Position numbers and translations under genes: made by a program
Part shown: positions 1-12,170 of the stretch, in pieces
Layout: every line of letters begins with the position of its first letter
Position numbering within the stretch: the stretch's first letter is position 1
The notes under the pieces: model-generated
Database searches by the model: none
Told to the model about the DNA's origin: nothing
Seen by the model: only the letters and a program-made list of their open reading frames with translations
NCBI GenBank assembly: GCA_030390025.1
Contig: CM059431.1
Coordinates: forward strand, 124,746,001-124,810,000
Direction: 5' to 3'
Origin: Squalus acanthias
Lineage: Eukaryota
Length of the DNA: 64,000 nucleotides

Positions 1-991
1 GGCTGAACTCTGCAGGACGAGCAGCATTCTGTGTTTCTCTGGACTCTGTTGACTCTGGACTTTTAGCCGCACTGGACGGTTATTCGAATTGGAACGAGTC
101 GCCCCGACGAAGGCCAGTGACCGGGTGCACCATCCCGAGAGTCGGTAAACGGTGTTTGGACCTGAAGGCCCAACAAGGCGAGACGAAATGACAAGAGAAG
201 AAGAAGAATCCACGTGCCGCCGCGGTCAGTAAACCCCGACCGTGCCCGAAAATATACGACCCATTTCTTGAACTCTACAGGTTACTGCACGAACTGGTCG
301 AAGACTCTTCTTTGAATTCTGCCGGTAACTGGTGTCGGTCCAGGAAGACTTTTCTTTGAGTTCTACATCCGGGCCCGAGCACTGTCGAGTTCTTCATGAC
401 AACGGGGAGCCCAGCCTGCTTGCAGCAGCAGCGAAAGTAAACAAGTGGGGTACAGAGACCCCTCAAAACACGTGACAGTCAGGCGCTGCAGCGAAACGAG
501 CCAAGCGCCTCACCTTAAAATTCTCCGAAGTATCACGAGTGGTGAGCATGTTTCCCGATCCTACAAATCTAGATGTAGTGTAGGTATTGATAGGGGAGGG
601 TGGTTTTATTAAGGATAAAGTATAATGTGTTCCCCTTTTTACGATGTGCCGTGCGTTCTTCATTACCATAGACCAAGCTTTATGAATGTATCTATACTTG
701 TACTGTCGTTAATTTGTGCCTATGACATGTACTTAATGATTTTGGACGCTATGCAATAAAGATTTCCATTTCGTACTATTCAACCGGGTCTATTTGAGTT
801 TCTCTCTGCATTATTGCTCTCGCACCTAAGTCCAGTGTTAGAACCGTAAGGGCGAGTGAGTCGAACCACTCACAGGTGCTTATTGCAACAAGGCTGGCCG
901 GAGACCAGAGCAAGCAATAGTATTAGGCAACGAAGGCCTAACCCCGCACCAGCACCGTCTGCGATACAAGCACGACACACAACCCCTTACA
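1..991 (+). repeat. 5' LTR of element A (partial, R-U5 part)
   Basis: Ends CCCCTTACA followed by GAAAA and the PBS; homologous to the LTRs at 4956, 8500 and 15600; AATAAA at 755. Confidence 0.93.
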
Positions 992-995
992 GAAA

Positions 996-2794
996 ATGGT
1001 GACCACGAAGGGACTCTGGCAGCGAGAGAGTAATATTTCAGACCCTGGTGTGAATAGGCGAAATGTGATGGATGAGAGGGTAGCCGACTATGTGTTTGGG
1101 AAGGTTCACTTAACCAAAAGGTGGATAAGTGACCTACTGATGGATAAGCGTCCGCTAGACATAGCCATCAAATGGACAGGCAGTAAAGAGCATAAGAAGT
1201 CGGTGGAGAAAGCGGTCTGGCTGATGTGCTACAAGAAGCAGGTCCAACTTTCGGACCAGGTCATTGTAGCACAGGCAGCTCAGATCAGGGACTGTGAAGT
1301 TGAGATGGAGGAAAAGGTCACGGGAGGACAGAAACTCATTGCATCCTTGAATGCGTTACATCAGGAACGCCAGATAGTAGCCAACCACCATGAGGCTAAA
1401 ATTGATTACCTAGAGTGCCAGGTCACGGAAGCAAAGTTAAACGAGGGTAGGATTAGAGAACGGTGTGCCCGCCTAGCTAACCAAATAAAAGCCTAGGAAG
1501 AAAGCTTGAAGGGAGTTAGGGCGGCATACAAAATGGCCCTCGAGGATAGGCATGAGGGAGCCGACCACAGTGTTTGTCAGAAGGAGATAGGGAGCCTAAG
1601 AGAGGCCCTGAATAAGGCAAACGGCTTGGTGTGCCTCATCAGCCCGTCAGCAAACCAGCCACAGGTGGGTAGGGAATTCCCAAAATCCCTACCAGACAAA
1701 GCAGAGGAGGTATTTGCCACTGCGCCCTCCGCGCCACCCAGCTATACGGCAACCTGGGTAAGGGAGGAAGTGGTGGAAATAGAGAAGTAGGTTCCCGAGG
1801 TAGGACAATCCCCAGAGGTAGAGTCGAGCCCGGGACCGATGTGTCCGCTCCGAGGTCACAAGAGAGGCCCGAACGCAGCCAATGGGGATGACGGGGATGT
1901 CCTGAACCAGCTGGTATTGCCTCACAGCTCACACCAGCTGAGAGCAATGATTAGCCATGTACGGAAGCTGTCCGAGTCAGACGACCCTTCTGTACACTTC
2001 AGGGAGGTAGAACAGACCGCAGCAATTAATGGCTGCGACGATGAGGAAAAGACCAAAATGTTGCTGTTCTCTTCAGATAGCTCGATCCTTCAGCGTCTCT
2101 CCGACGAGAGCAAGAAGGGGAATAAAACTTATGAGGAGTTACGGGACGAGGTCCTAGAAGTGTTAGGGACGGATGACGAAGGTCCGTTCGTCAGATTGAG
2201 TCAAACCATACAGATGGAGGGAGAACCCCCGAAGGTTTTCGCCGACAGGCTGTGGCCAGTATACCAGCGTAGCTGCCCAGGTGCGCCAGCATGCACCTAT
2301 CCGAACGGTGCCGGTTTAACTCATTGGCTCAGGTGTTTAGTAGCCAACAGTTTGCCAGCCGTCAGGGAACAGGCCAAAGCGTGGTTTGATCCCACTAACC
2401 CCGCCACAACAGAGGAGTCTGTCCTAAATCGACTCACCATAGGGTATCGTAACACTAGGAGCACGGGAGCGCGTCCCCTTAAGGGAAAGGTGCATGAGGC
2501 ACGGCCCGCAGCCCCAGCTCAAAAGGAGTGGCATCAGGAGGGAAACCGCGTCCCACAAGCCAGTGGTGCTTGTTACGGGTGCGGGAAGACAGGACACTGG
2601 CGTAAGAACTGTAGGAACCCCTGGAAGGACCCCAGGGACAAAGCTCCCGCATCCGAACGCAAGCGCCTGTCTCTGAGAAAGGAGCCGGTGTGCCTATCCA
2701 TCCCGATGCGATAGACTCAATGTTAGGAGCCATGCGGTCTCTCATGACCTCACACGGGGAGGTAGCAACAGCCCCATACCACCCAGGCTTCTGA
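996..2794 (+). pseudogene. gag: gag of element A, disrupted (in-frame TAG at 1494 and 1788, 1-nt frameshift near 2650)
   Basis: ORFs 996-1496, 1506-1790 and 1839-2714 share one frame and align to Gag of B; CYGCGKTGHWRKNC zinc knuckle; PSAPPSY motif. Confidence 0.92.
997..1014 (+). promoter_or_regulatory. Primer binding site, tRNA-Arg(TCG)-like
   Basis: TGGTGACCACGAAGGGAC is complementary to the 3' end of a vertebrate tRNA-Arg(TCG) isodecoder (...GTCCCTTCGTGGTCG-CCA, recalled from memory) with one C>T change. Confidence 0.75.
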
Positions 2795-3811
2795 CTGGGA
2801 CCGGTGCAGCCTGCCTACCTGTGTCCCCTTGAAAGACACGCCCAGGGGGAGGTCTCCTGTAGGGAGGCCAGGTTAAAAGAGCAGGCCTTGTGGGAGGAGA
2901 ACGCCCGCTTAATGGGGAAAATAGATGGGCTAGAAGGGCAGCTTAGAGACATAAAGGCAGCCTGTAGGGTAGCCAGAAGCAAGTTGTATAAACCGGGTGC
3001 ACAGGGGCCAATCACAGGGGCCAAACCTGCGAGTGGGGACTCTCAGCCCCGGGTAGAACCGCAGGGCACACAGGCCGGTAAAGCAGCCTGCTTGAGGGGA
3101 GAGGACATTCTAGAAAAGTGTAGGATCTCTTCTTGGGGTTGGGATTCAGATGAGTAAGAGCTCGAGGAGCTCGACCAAGGTAGTGACCCGATCGGAGAGG
3201 TGCTGGGGTCGGAAGACAAAAGTTTCGTCCTCGACCCAAGCTCAGGGAAGACAGGGGCTGTGAGTGGAGATCCACACAGGGTGGAATCAGAAACTGCAGA
3301 TCCCGAGCCCAGGGGGGCGGGGCCAGGGGAGACAGAGCCAGCGGCTGTGGTAGGACCACAGGTCGTGACGGTGGAAGTCTCGGTACCCGGTCCGTCGGCC
3401 CTGGAAGTCTTGCCCTTGGGGGAGGTAGGGATTGCGAGTGGAGGACCACATACTGGGCCAAGTAGGGTGGAGCCAGAAACTGCAAATCCCGAGTTCAGGG
3501 GGGCGGAGCCAGGGGAGACGGAGCCAGCGGCTGTGGTGGGACCACAGGCCGTGACGGTGGAAGTCTTGGTTCCTGGTCCGTCGGGCCTGGAAATCTTGCC
3601 CAAAGTAGCCCTCCGTAGATCAAGTCGGACACCCCAGCCCAGAAAGCCGTGGTCAAGTCCCCCGTACGCCCCCAGGCGTAAGTTCAAGGTCAAGGCAGCC
3701 CAGGGAGATCCCAGTCCCAGCGCAGCGGCGACAGGCTGCGGCAGATCAAAGGAAGGGGTCAGTGCCCTCCCACCACTGGGGAAAGCTCGTAGCAGCCTTC
3801 GCAGAATTTAG
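2795..3811 (+). pseudogene. Residual pol-frame ORF: pol N-terminal stub + coiled coil + pol C-terminal tail (one internal TAA at 3155)
   Basis: QPAYLCPL matches QPVYLCPL in B; KLYKPGAQG...ARSSLRRI matches KLYQPGAQG...ARSSLLRI in B; ORFs 2804-3157 and 3200-3811 are in frame. Confidence 0.85.
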
Positions 3812-4090
3812 GTAGGCCGCCCTGGGAACGGGCGGCGCTGTACAGTTTAAGTTTAGGATAAGTTTATAAGTTTAAGTTTAAGTTTTGTAAGTTTGGTAAG
3901 TTTGTAGTTTAATTTTAAAAGTAAATGATGAAGTGATGGGAGTTTTAGTGATAGGAATAGTTAAAGTCTATCCAGCATACATGCCGTTATACGTGAGACG
4001 AGGTCAAGGGACCCACTCACCCTTCACAAAAGCCAGAGACTCTTGGGAGGCTGGCTACATCATTTTATCTGATCACAGGAACCAGGAAAG

Positions 4091-7000
4091 ATGGAACGGA
4101 TTCTGATAGTGCTCGCAACGATCGGATATGGATTGGCCTATCGAGGCCTCACTAAGGATGTCGTTGTGTTTGGTTGCTCCGGGGACACGGCCCCCATCGC
4201 GACGGATGGGACCGGGGAGCGAGAGGCTGAGGAGACCGCCACTTATTTCCACAAGGGAAGGTGGCCGGGATGGCTGGGAACGAATTCGACGGAATACTCC
4301 AGCGCATCCGGATTTGCCTACAAAGAGACTTCTTTGCTGTGCCCCAGGGTGAGCATCATTGCACCCAGAATCAGCGTCACCGTCGGCAAAAGGATTTGTT
4401 TGACATGCAATGGGAAGGTCCCATTGAGCCGATGGTGGTGGTTACGGAAGTTAAGCAAGACTATGAGAAATTCCTCTGTCGAGTGGGAGCGATTGGGTAA
4501 CAATACCCATCGGACAATTACGGGGACTAATGGACAATTGAAAGTCTGTTGGGACAAATGGTGGGAACCGGATGAGGGAATATATGTTTGTATGTGGGGA
4601 TCGAAGTACGTTTGCCCCAAGGGTATATCCATATTTTTCCTACAACAGTGGCAGGATAACAGGAAAGTGATGAGGTGGGATGTCAGCACAAAGGGGTGCG
4701 GAGCTCCATTCTCCCCGATCCTGGTAAACGCCACTGAACTCATCACGCGCCAACGCAAGTCTCCGCCCACGATTCCGGTGGCTTTGGCTCAGGAGGAAGG
4801 GTGCCCAAAACCCACTAAGGGGCCCGGGAATGGTCTGGTACTGGTGCCAACAGATCAGATACTATTTCAGGGGCTACATTACGCGGTGGCTTCGGTGATT
4901 CTAAATCTCACCGAGGTGCATTTACCAGAGTGGTGTCCCAAAGAAACGGAACAATTGTAAAGTTTTGCAATTATCGCGATTCAAAATAACAAGATAGAAG
5001 CAGATTTGTTTGATCAGTTTTATTAAACAAAATGCTGTCATGATATACAGGACACAGAAGCCTGTAAAATGGCCACCACGCATCGTGGCAGAAGCTTCCA
5101 GAAATATAGTGGGCAGACAAGATGGCGTCGAATAAACATTCGATATAAAATTGGATCATACTCGATAAACACTGATAAAGACAGGATGCAACCTGTTTGC
5201 ATTTGTGACAATAGCAAAGATATAAGTGCTGGAATCGTTTTCCATGCACAAGTATGGACCATTGTACTGGGCAATCGAAGGCCCATCCAGACACATCAAT
5301 ACACAAATACCCCCACGGCTCTACAATGAGAGAGACATCGACGGGTGATTAAGCAAGTATTCGGGGGCCCCCAAAACCAGTCAGGGAGACAATTCATTCA
5401 ATCCTGGCTGGGTCAACAATGGGGAAAACATTAACGGGTAGTTGGCCAGTTTCAGGTGCTACCGAAACCCGTTAAAGAGAAGAATCGCCCCATGCTGGGA
5501 GTTTTGAGTGCCAATATTACACAAAGGACAAACATTAAGATTTGAGCGGGAGATAAGGGTACACAGCACTATAACTATAGTGAACAAATGTCCATCGCTC
5601 TCTTGACTCGTGCTGGACTCTTATGCCCTGTATTCGGTCTCTTATCTGACTGCTGAACTCTTTTTTCTCTTGACTCGCTCGACCGCTGGCTGAAGCTCTT
5701 CTTTAGGGCTGGACTCTGTTGACTCTTGACTTTTCGCCGCATTGGTCGAATGTTGGGTGGAGCTCAATCGGGACGAGCCACCCCGACAAGGGCAAGTAGC
5801 ATGGTGCACCATCCCGAGGGTCGGTAAACGCTGTGTGGACCCGAAGGCCCGAAAAGACAAGACGAAACGACAAGAAAAGAAGAAGAATCCACGTGCCGCC
5901 ACGGTCAGTAAACCCCGACCGCGCCCGAAAATACAAGAAAGACTCTTCATTGAAATCTACCGACAACCGGTGTCGGGAACAGGAAGACTCTTCTTTGAGT
6001 TCTACAACCGTGTCCGAGTTCTGTCAAGTTCTTCATGACAACAGGGATTCTGGCCTGCTTGTCGCAGAAGCGAAAATAAACAAGTGGGGTACAGAGACCC
6101 TTCCAAACACGTGACAGTCAGGCGCTGCAGCAAAACGAGCTGAGTGCCTCACTTTAAAATTCTCCGAAGTAACATGAGTGGTGAGCATGTTTCCCGATCC
6201 TACAAATCTAGATGTAGTGTAGGTATTGATAAGGGAGGGTGGTTTTATTAAGGATAAAGTATAATGTGTTCCCCTTTTTACGATGTGCCGTGCGTTCTTC
6301 ATTACCGTAGACCAAGCTTTATGAATGTATGTATACTTGTACTCTCATTAATTTGCGCCTATGACATGTACTTCATGATTCTGGATGCTATGCAATAAAG
6401 ATTTCCATTTCGTACTATTCAACCGGGTCTATTTGAGTTTTTCTCTGCATTATTGCTCCTGCACCTAAATCCAGTGTTAGAACTGTAAGGGCGAGTGGGT
6501 CGAACCACTCACAGGTGCTTATTGCAACAAGGCTGGCCGGAGACCAGAGCAAGCAATAGTATTAGGCAACGAAGGCCTAACCTCGCACCAGCACCATCTG
6601 AGACACGAAACCCTTACACAATTGTACCTGGTCCTGTTAACAAACATGTTCAGGCAATTTTATGAGTTTGATTTTGCAGAGGTTGACTAAACAAGCTTAT
6701 ACACCACACCACACGAAGTTTTGGGTCAGGTGGGGAGACAAAGAAGGGGTGTTGTGAATGATGTGTTCACTGCTTTTAATACGGGAACATCTGTGGTCAA
6801 CGCTCTAGACAACGTGAAGCTGCAGACCCAGATCAACGGTTAAAAAACACAGTTAAAAAGCATCCTCACAAACGAGAACAAGGTGGTAGGGTCTGAGTTA
6901 CATGAGGACCAGGCCATGACACTACACTTAAAAGAGATTATAGCAGAGCTGGAGAAGCATGCGAGAACGGTAAATACCCTGATCAGGGAAGATCGAAATG

Positions 7001-8109
7001 CATCCGATCAAGCTGCGCAGAACGAGGTGTGTGTACTATACGGGGCGTGGTTACTGGCCGAGGGCCGCAGTAATTTGGAGGATTTAAAACAAGGTTTGGT
7101 CCCGTCCTGGATAAGCAACAAACACCTGCAGGCGCTCCACCCTTTTCAGAACGCATTAAGCCTGTGCCAGCTCAGGCTAGCCTCAGAGGCATACCCAGTC
7201 CCAGTGGACTGCGGACGGTCAAATCATACTATCATGGGGATAGTAGTACGGATGCTGGTGTTGGGCGACACAGCAAAGCCCGCCCTGGTGTACCGGGTGG
7301 AGAACATTGGTGTCATTCAGGGGGGAGCCCACATTTGCTACGCAGCGGTCCCACCTTACATCATCTGCTGGGAGCAAACGATGACAGGTACCGACCTATC
7401 GGGTTGTCGTGGCCGGGGAGCACACATCATACTGTGTCCCCAGCACTTGAATGCCTTTTTAACACCACAATGCGGGTTCAGAACGGCTGGCGCGAAGCCC
7501 ATGAATTGCACCATGGAAGCAATGACACAAGATCATGTGCCCCCACAGGTGGCATACATAGGCGGTGGAACGTATTGCGTTACCACTGCAGCGCAACACT
7601 ACCAGCATGGACAGCACAGCCGGTGTCCGGTGAGTGACAGCAGTTTCTGTTTTAAACCCAGGGCTGAAGTTCAAGTGGCACAACAGCGAATTGTCCCGAT
7701 CCCTGAACCATCCACTGTTCACCTCACAGTAAAAGAGAATTTCACAGACTTGCAGCGATTCGTCGCGCATTTCGGGTACATCATTCCTCCTCTCCCTGAA
7801 CACCTCACCAAGATTTTAAAAGCTGTCATGGTATCACAGAAACATTTTTAAACCCTGGATTAGAAAACTGTAGAGATAGGGACAGAAATATTGGACACAG
7901 TAACCCCACCGTGGTGGGATCTGTTCACTAATATTGAAGTCCCGTCCTGGATCAGGATAGCCTCCCACATTTTGGTAGTGTGTCAAGTTGTAATTGTAGT
8001 GTACCTATTGGTCGTACACTGCAAAAGAGGCAAACGCCTCACAAGGCAGGAGAACACAGGGGAGTGGAGAGAACGTTACGTGCGCGTGAACGAGGAAAGT
8101 ACCGCGTAA
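4091..8109 (+). pseudogene. env: env of element A, split by a solo LTR at 4956-6618 and carrying several premature stops
   Basis: ORFs 4091-4960, 6883-7851 and 7891-8109 are nearly identical in protein to B env; EQL|YLVL is continuous across the insertion. Confidence 0.93.
4956..6618 (+). mobile_element. Solo LTR inserted in env of element A
   Basis: TGTAAAG...CCTTACA termini; 4-bp TSD CAAT at 4952-4955 and 6619-6622. Confidence 0.95.
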
Positions 8110-8499
8110 ACGGACAGGATGACGCCGCTCCATTTTACCATGTGTGTTTTTGTAGTTGTTGTTAGTTATGAGTATTTGTGATTAAGTTTGAACTTTTGTA
8201 TTTTTAAAATAGTTGGTTTGATTATTTTTCCTTTTATAATAAAACATGCATATGCAGGTGGTGCGAGAGGCATCGGCCTTTTGCACCTGGAAGGCGTATA
8301 CGCAGTGTAAGTTTAAAGGCAATGCTGCCTACGGTTTGTCCAAGTTTAGACAATGAGTTTTCTCTGGGAAATGAGGACTGCATGGAGTCCCTAGACAGTT
8401 TAATTACCGGGAATGTTTGGATGTGGAGAATTGGGATAATTTGCTCACCAGCATTTAATTGATACGATAAGCGGAGTTATTCGCATCAACAGGAGGGAC

Positions 8500-10149
8500 T
8501 GTAAAGTTTCGCAATTATCGCGATTCTAAATAACATAAGAGAAGCAGATTCATTTGATCAGTTTTATTAAACAAAATGCTGTCCTGATAATAAAGGACAC
8601 AGAAGCCTGTAAAATGGCTGCCGCGCATCGTGGCAGAAGCTTCCAGAAACACAGTGGGCAGACAAGATGGCGTCGAATATACATTCAGTATAAGATTGGA
8701 TCATACTCGGTAAACATTGATAAAGACAGGATGCAACCCGTTTGCATCTTAAACAATAGCTAAGATATAAGTGCTGGAATCGTTTTCCTATGCACAGTAA
8801 GGATCATTGTACTGAGCAATCGAAGGCCCATCCAGACACATCAATATACAAATACCCCCCTGGCTCTACAATGAGAGAGACATTGACGGGTGATTAAGTC
8901 GGTATTCGGGGGGCCCCAAAAACCAGTCGAGGAGACGATTCATACACATCCTGGCTGGGTCAACAATGGGGAAAACATTAACGGATAGTTGGCCAGTTTC
9001 AGGTGCTACCGAAACCCGTTAAAGAAGATAATCGCCCCATGCTGGGAGTTTTGAGTGCCAAATATTACACAGAGGACAAACATTAAGATTTGAGCGGGAG
9101 ATAAGGAGGACACATCACTATAACTATAGAGAACAAATGTCCATCGCTCTCTTATTCCCCGGGCTGACTCTTATTCGCTTGCCTCTTCATGAACTCGCTT
9201 GACTTGTGGGCTCTTGATTTTCTCTCTGGACTTTGTTGGCTCTTGACTCTTAGCCGTACTGGTCGGTTATTCGAGTGTTGGGTGGAGCTCAATCGGTACG
9301 AGCCGCCCCGACAAGGGCAAGTAACAGGGTACACCATCCCGAGTGTCGGTAAACGGTGTCTGGACCCAGAGGCCTGAGGAGACGAGACGAGAAGAAGACG
9401 AGAAGAAGACGAGAAGAAGTTTCACGTGCCGCCATGGTCAGTGAACCCCGACCGCGCCCGAAAAATATAAATACAGGACTCTTCTTTGAGTTCTACCGAC
9501 TACAACCTGTGTCGAACACAGGAAGACTCTTCTTTGAATTGTATCCGAGTTCCGTCGAGTTCTTCATGACAACAGGGAGTCTGGCCTGCTTTTCGCAGCA
9601 GCGAAAGTAAACAAGTGGGGTGCAGAGACCCTTCCAAACACGTGACAGTCAGGCGCTGCAGCAAAACGAGCTGAGTGCCTCATTTTAAAATCTCCGAAGT
9701 AACACGACTGGTGAGCATGCTTTCCGATCCTACAAATCCAGACGTAGTGTAGGTATTGTTAAGGGAGGGTGGTTTTAAATAAGGTTAAGAGATAATGTGT
9801 TCCCCTTTTTACGATGTGCCGTGTGTTCTCCATTTCCATAGACCAAGCTTTATGAATGTATGTATACTTGTACTATCTTTGATTTGCGCATATGACATGT
9901 ATTTCATGATTTTAGACGCCATGCAATAAAGATTTCCATTTCGTACTATTCAACTGGGTCTATTTGAGTTTTTCTCTGCATTACTGCTCCCTGCACCTAA
10001 GTCCAGTGTTAGAACCGTAAGGGCGAGTGGGTCGAACCACTCACAGGTGCTTATTGCAAAAAGGCTGGCCGGAGACCAGAGCAAGCAATAGTATAGGCAA
10101 CAAAGGCCTAACCTCGCACCAGCACCGTCTGAGACACGCCCCCCTTACA
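8500..10149 (+). repeat. 3' LTR of element A
   Basis: Preceded by AGGAGGGAC (PPT); TGTAAAG...CCTTACA termini; 1650 bp. Confidence 0.95.
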
Positions 10150-10708
10150 CTGGAGAATCTCCGCTGAAAACCCTTAGAAATCTTACGCCTGGTACGCGTA
10201 AGGGCTGCTTTTACCAGCATAAGAGTTGAAAAAGAGTAAAAAAAATGTTTTCACTCATTTATCATTTAAAAATACTTTAAAAAAGGTAAGTTTATTTTTA
10301 GCCCCGTAAAAAACTTTAATTATTTTTTTCAAAAAATTAAATGTTTGTTTAAAATAATTAATTTTTTGTAATTTCAACTCATTTTAAAAATGTGATTTTA
10401 AATAATATATATTTAATGTTTTACAGTGTTTTTGGCATGATCTCCATTCATATATTTGACAGGTCTATCTGTCAAGTGTATGAAGGGAGATTCCCTTCTC
10501 CTATTGGCTCCCCATGGCCCACGTGATCCCAGGGACGCTTGCGAACCGCATGCACCTCTGGGATACGTGGGCCCTGCACATTTCGAGTTGGAGAGGCCCA
10601 GGAACTGAAGTATATGCACCTCGGGAGCCCTCAGGTAAGTCCATAGATTTTTTCCAGATCGGAGGCCTCCGCACGCAGGAAGCCTCCGATCGGAAAATAC
10701 GGGCCCAT
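10150..10708. mobile_element. Non-autonomous DNA transposon (MITE-like) fragment with internal palindromes
   Basis: 10449-10705 is homologous to 37556-37810; palindromes TTGACAG...CTGTCAA and GAAGGGA...TCCCTTC. Confidence 0.5.
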
Positions 10709-11282
10709 ATCATTGCTAGAGTTTCTTTCTTGTATTAAACATCTGAAACTATATCCTGGATATTACTGCAGTGCTGATTAAAATTATATTTGTGTAAGTG
10801 TTAAATACTCTGTTTGTGTGGCCTGAACCTCTGTCAGCAATTTTTCACCAATGGAATAGCTTGTTTTTGAATAAGCGGCTTTCTTTATGGCTTAACGAGT
10901 TGCTTCACTAAGTTATTGAGCCAGACATACCAGGAAGATCATAGGTGTAGTCCCTAGTGCTGAGTTCGTGAATCGCTGCTGGGGTGATAGTAGTGATACT
11001 AGATTTGGCCGCAGGCCCCTCCCCCTGCTTCCCTGTTTGAAAGGGGGAAAAAAATCAACATGTGGCTTATTCAGCAACCTGTGCCAGAAGTCGGTATTTG
11101 TGACAATAGGATTGGATTTGGTTGTGATGCCATTTCTGATCAAACAGATACAGTCGAGACACATAAGCATAATGAATGGCCAATTGGTGAAATATCAGAG
11201 GAAACCTTGTGCCAGTGAAGCCATACCGCAGAAAACGCTCAATGCATTCAACAGATGATGGGCGAAGAGACAACTAGGAGGG

Positions 11283-11820
11283 AAACAAAGGAACAAGAGT
11301 GGGCCATTTAGCCTCTCGAGCCTGTTCCGCCATTCAATGAGATCATGGCTGATCTGCGACCGAACTCCATTTACCTGCCTTTGGTCCATATCCCTTAATA
11401 CCTTTGGTTAACAAAAATCTATCAATCTCAGATTTAAAATTAACAATTGATCTAGCGTCAATTGTCATTTACGGAAGAGAGTTCCAAACTTCTACCAGCC
11501 TTTGTGTGTAGAAGTGTTTCCTAATTTCACTCCTGAAAGGTCTGGCTCTAAATTTTAGACTATGTCACCTAGTCCTAGAATCCCCAACCAGCAGAAATAG
11601 TTTCTCTCTATCTACCCTATCTGTCCCCCTTAATATCATGAAAACCTTGATCAGATCACCCCTTAACCTTCTAAATTCTAAGGAATACAAGCCTCATTTG
11701 TGTAATCATTCCTCATAATTTAACCTTTGCAGTCCGGGTATCATTCTGGTAAACCTACGCTGCACTCCTTCCAAGACCAATATATCCTTCCTAAGGTGTG
11801 GAGCCCAGAACTGCTCACAA
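11283..11820 (-). mobile_element. CR1-type LINE 3' fragment
   Basis: Reverse complement of the CR1-like 3' UTR also seen at 21745-21900 and 58605-58765, continuing into RT C-terminal coding remnants. Confidence 0.75.
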
Positions 11821-12170
11821 CTGAAAATGATCAAAAAAAACATTTCTGACCAACAATCATCCAATACACTACTCGTCACAGGATAAAATCACTCAGACTT
11901 GCAGTAATTAACTGAAATAAAAGTGGTGAAGATATAAAGTTGGTAACATCTCCTTTAGTATTCTCTTATATATTTTCTATTGAATCTGTCCTTTTTCATT
12001 CTGTGTGTTTTCAGAAGCTGATTCACCGGTTTTATCAGTTCAATTATCTTTTCAATAAACTGCCCACATTAATTTTTAAATTACCAATAAAAAATATTTT
12101 TGCTGGCAATTTTTCCTAAATATTTTTTACGGCTTTTTCACTGCTCAATTCATTTTGTCTTGAAATAAAT

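Larger units (their letters stand above)
1..10149 (+). mobile_element. Element A: defective pol-less gag-env LTR retrovirus-like element (5' end outside the window), interrupted by a solo LTR
   Basis: LTR-PBS-gag-tail ORF-env-PPT-LTR order; gag and env clearly homologous to element B; no PR/RT/RH/IN motifs between gag and env. Confidence 0.92.
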
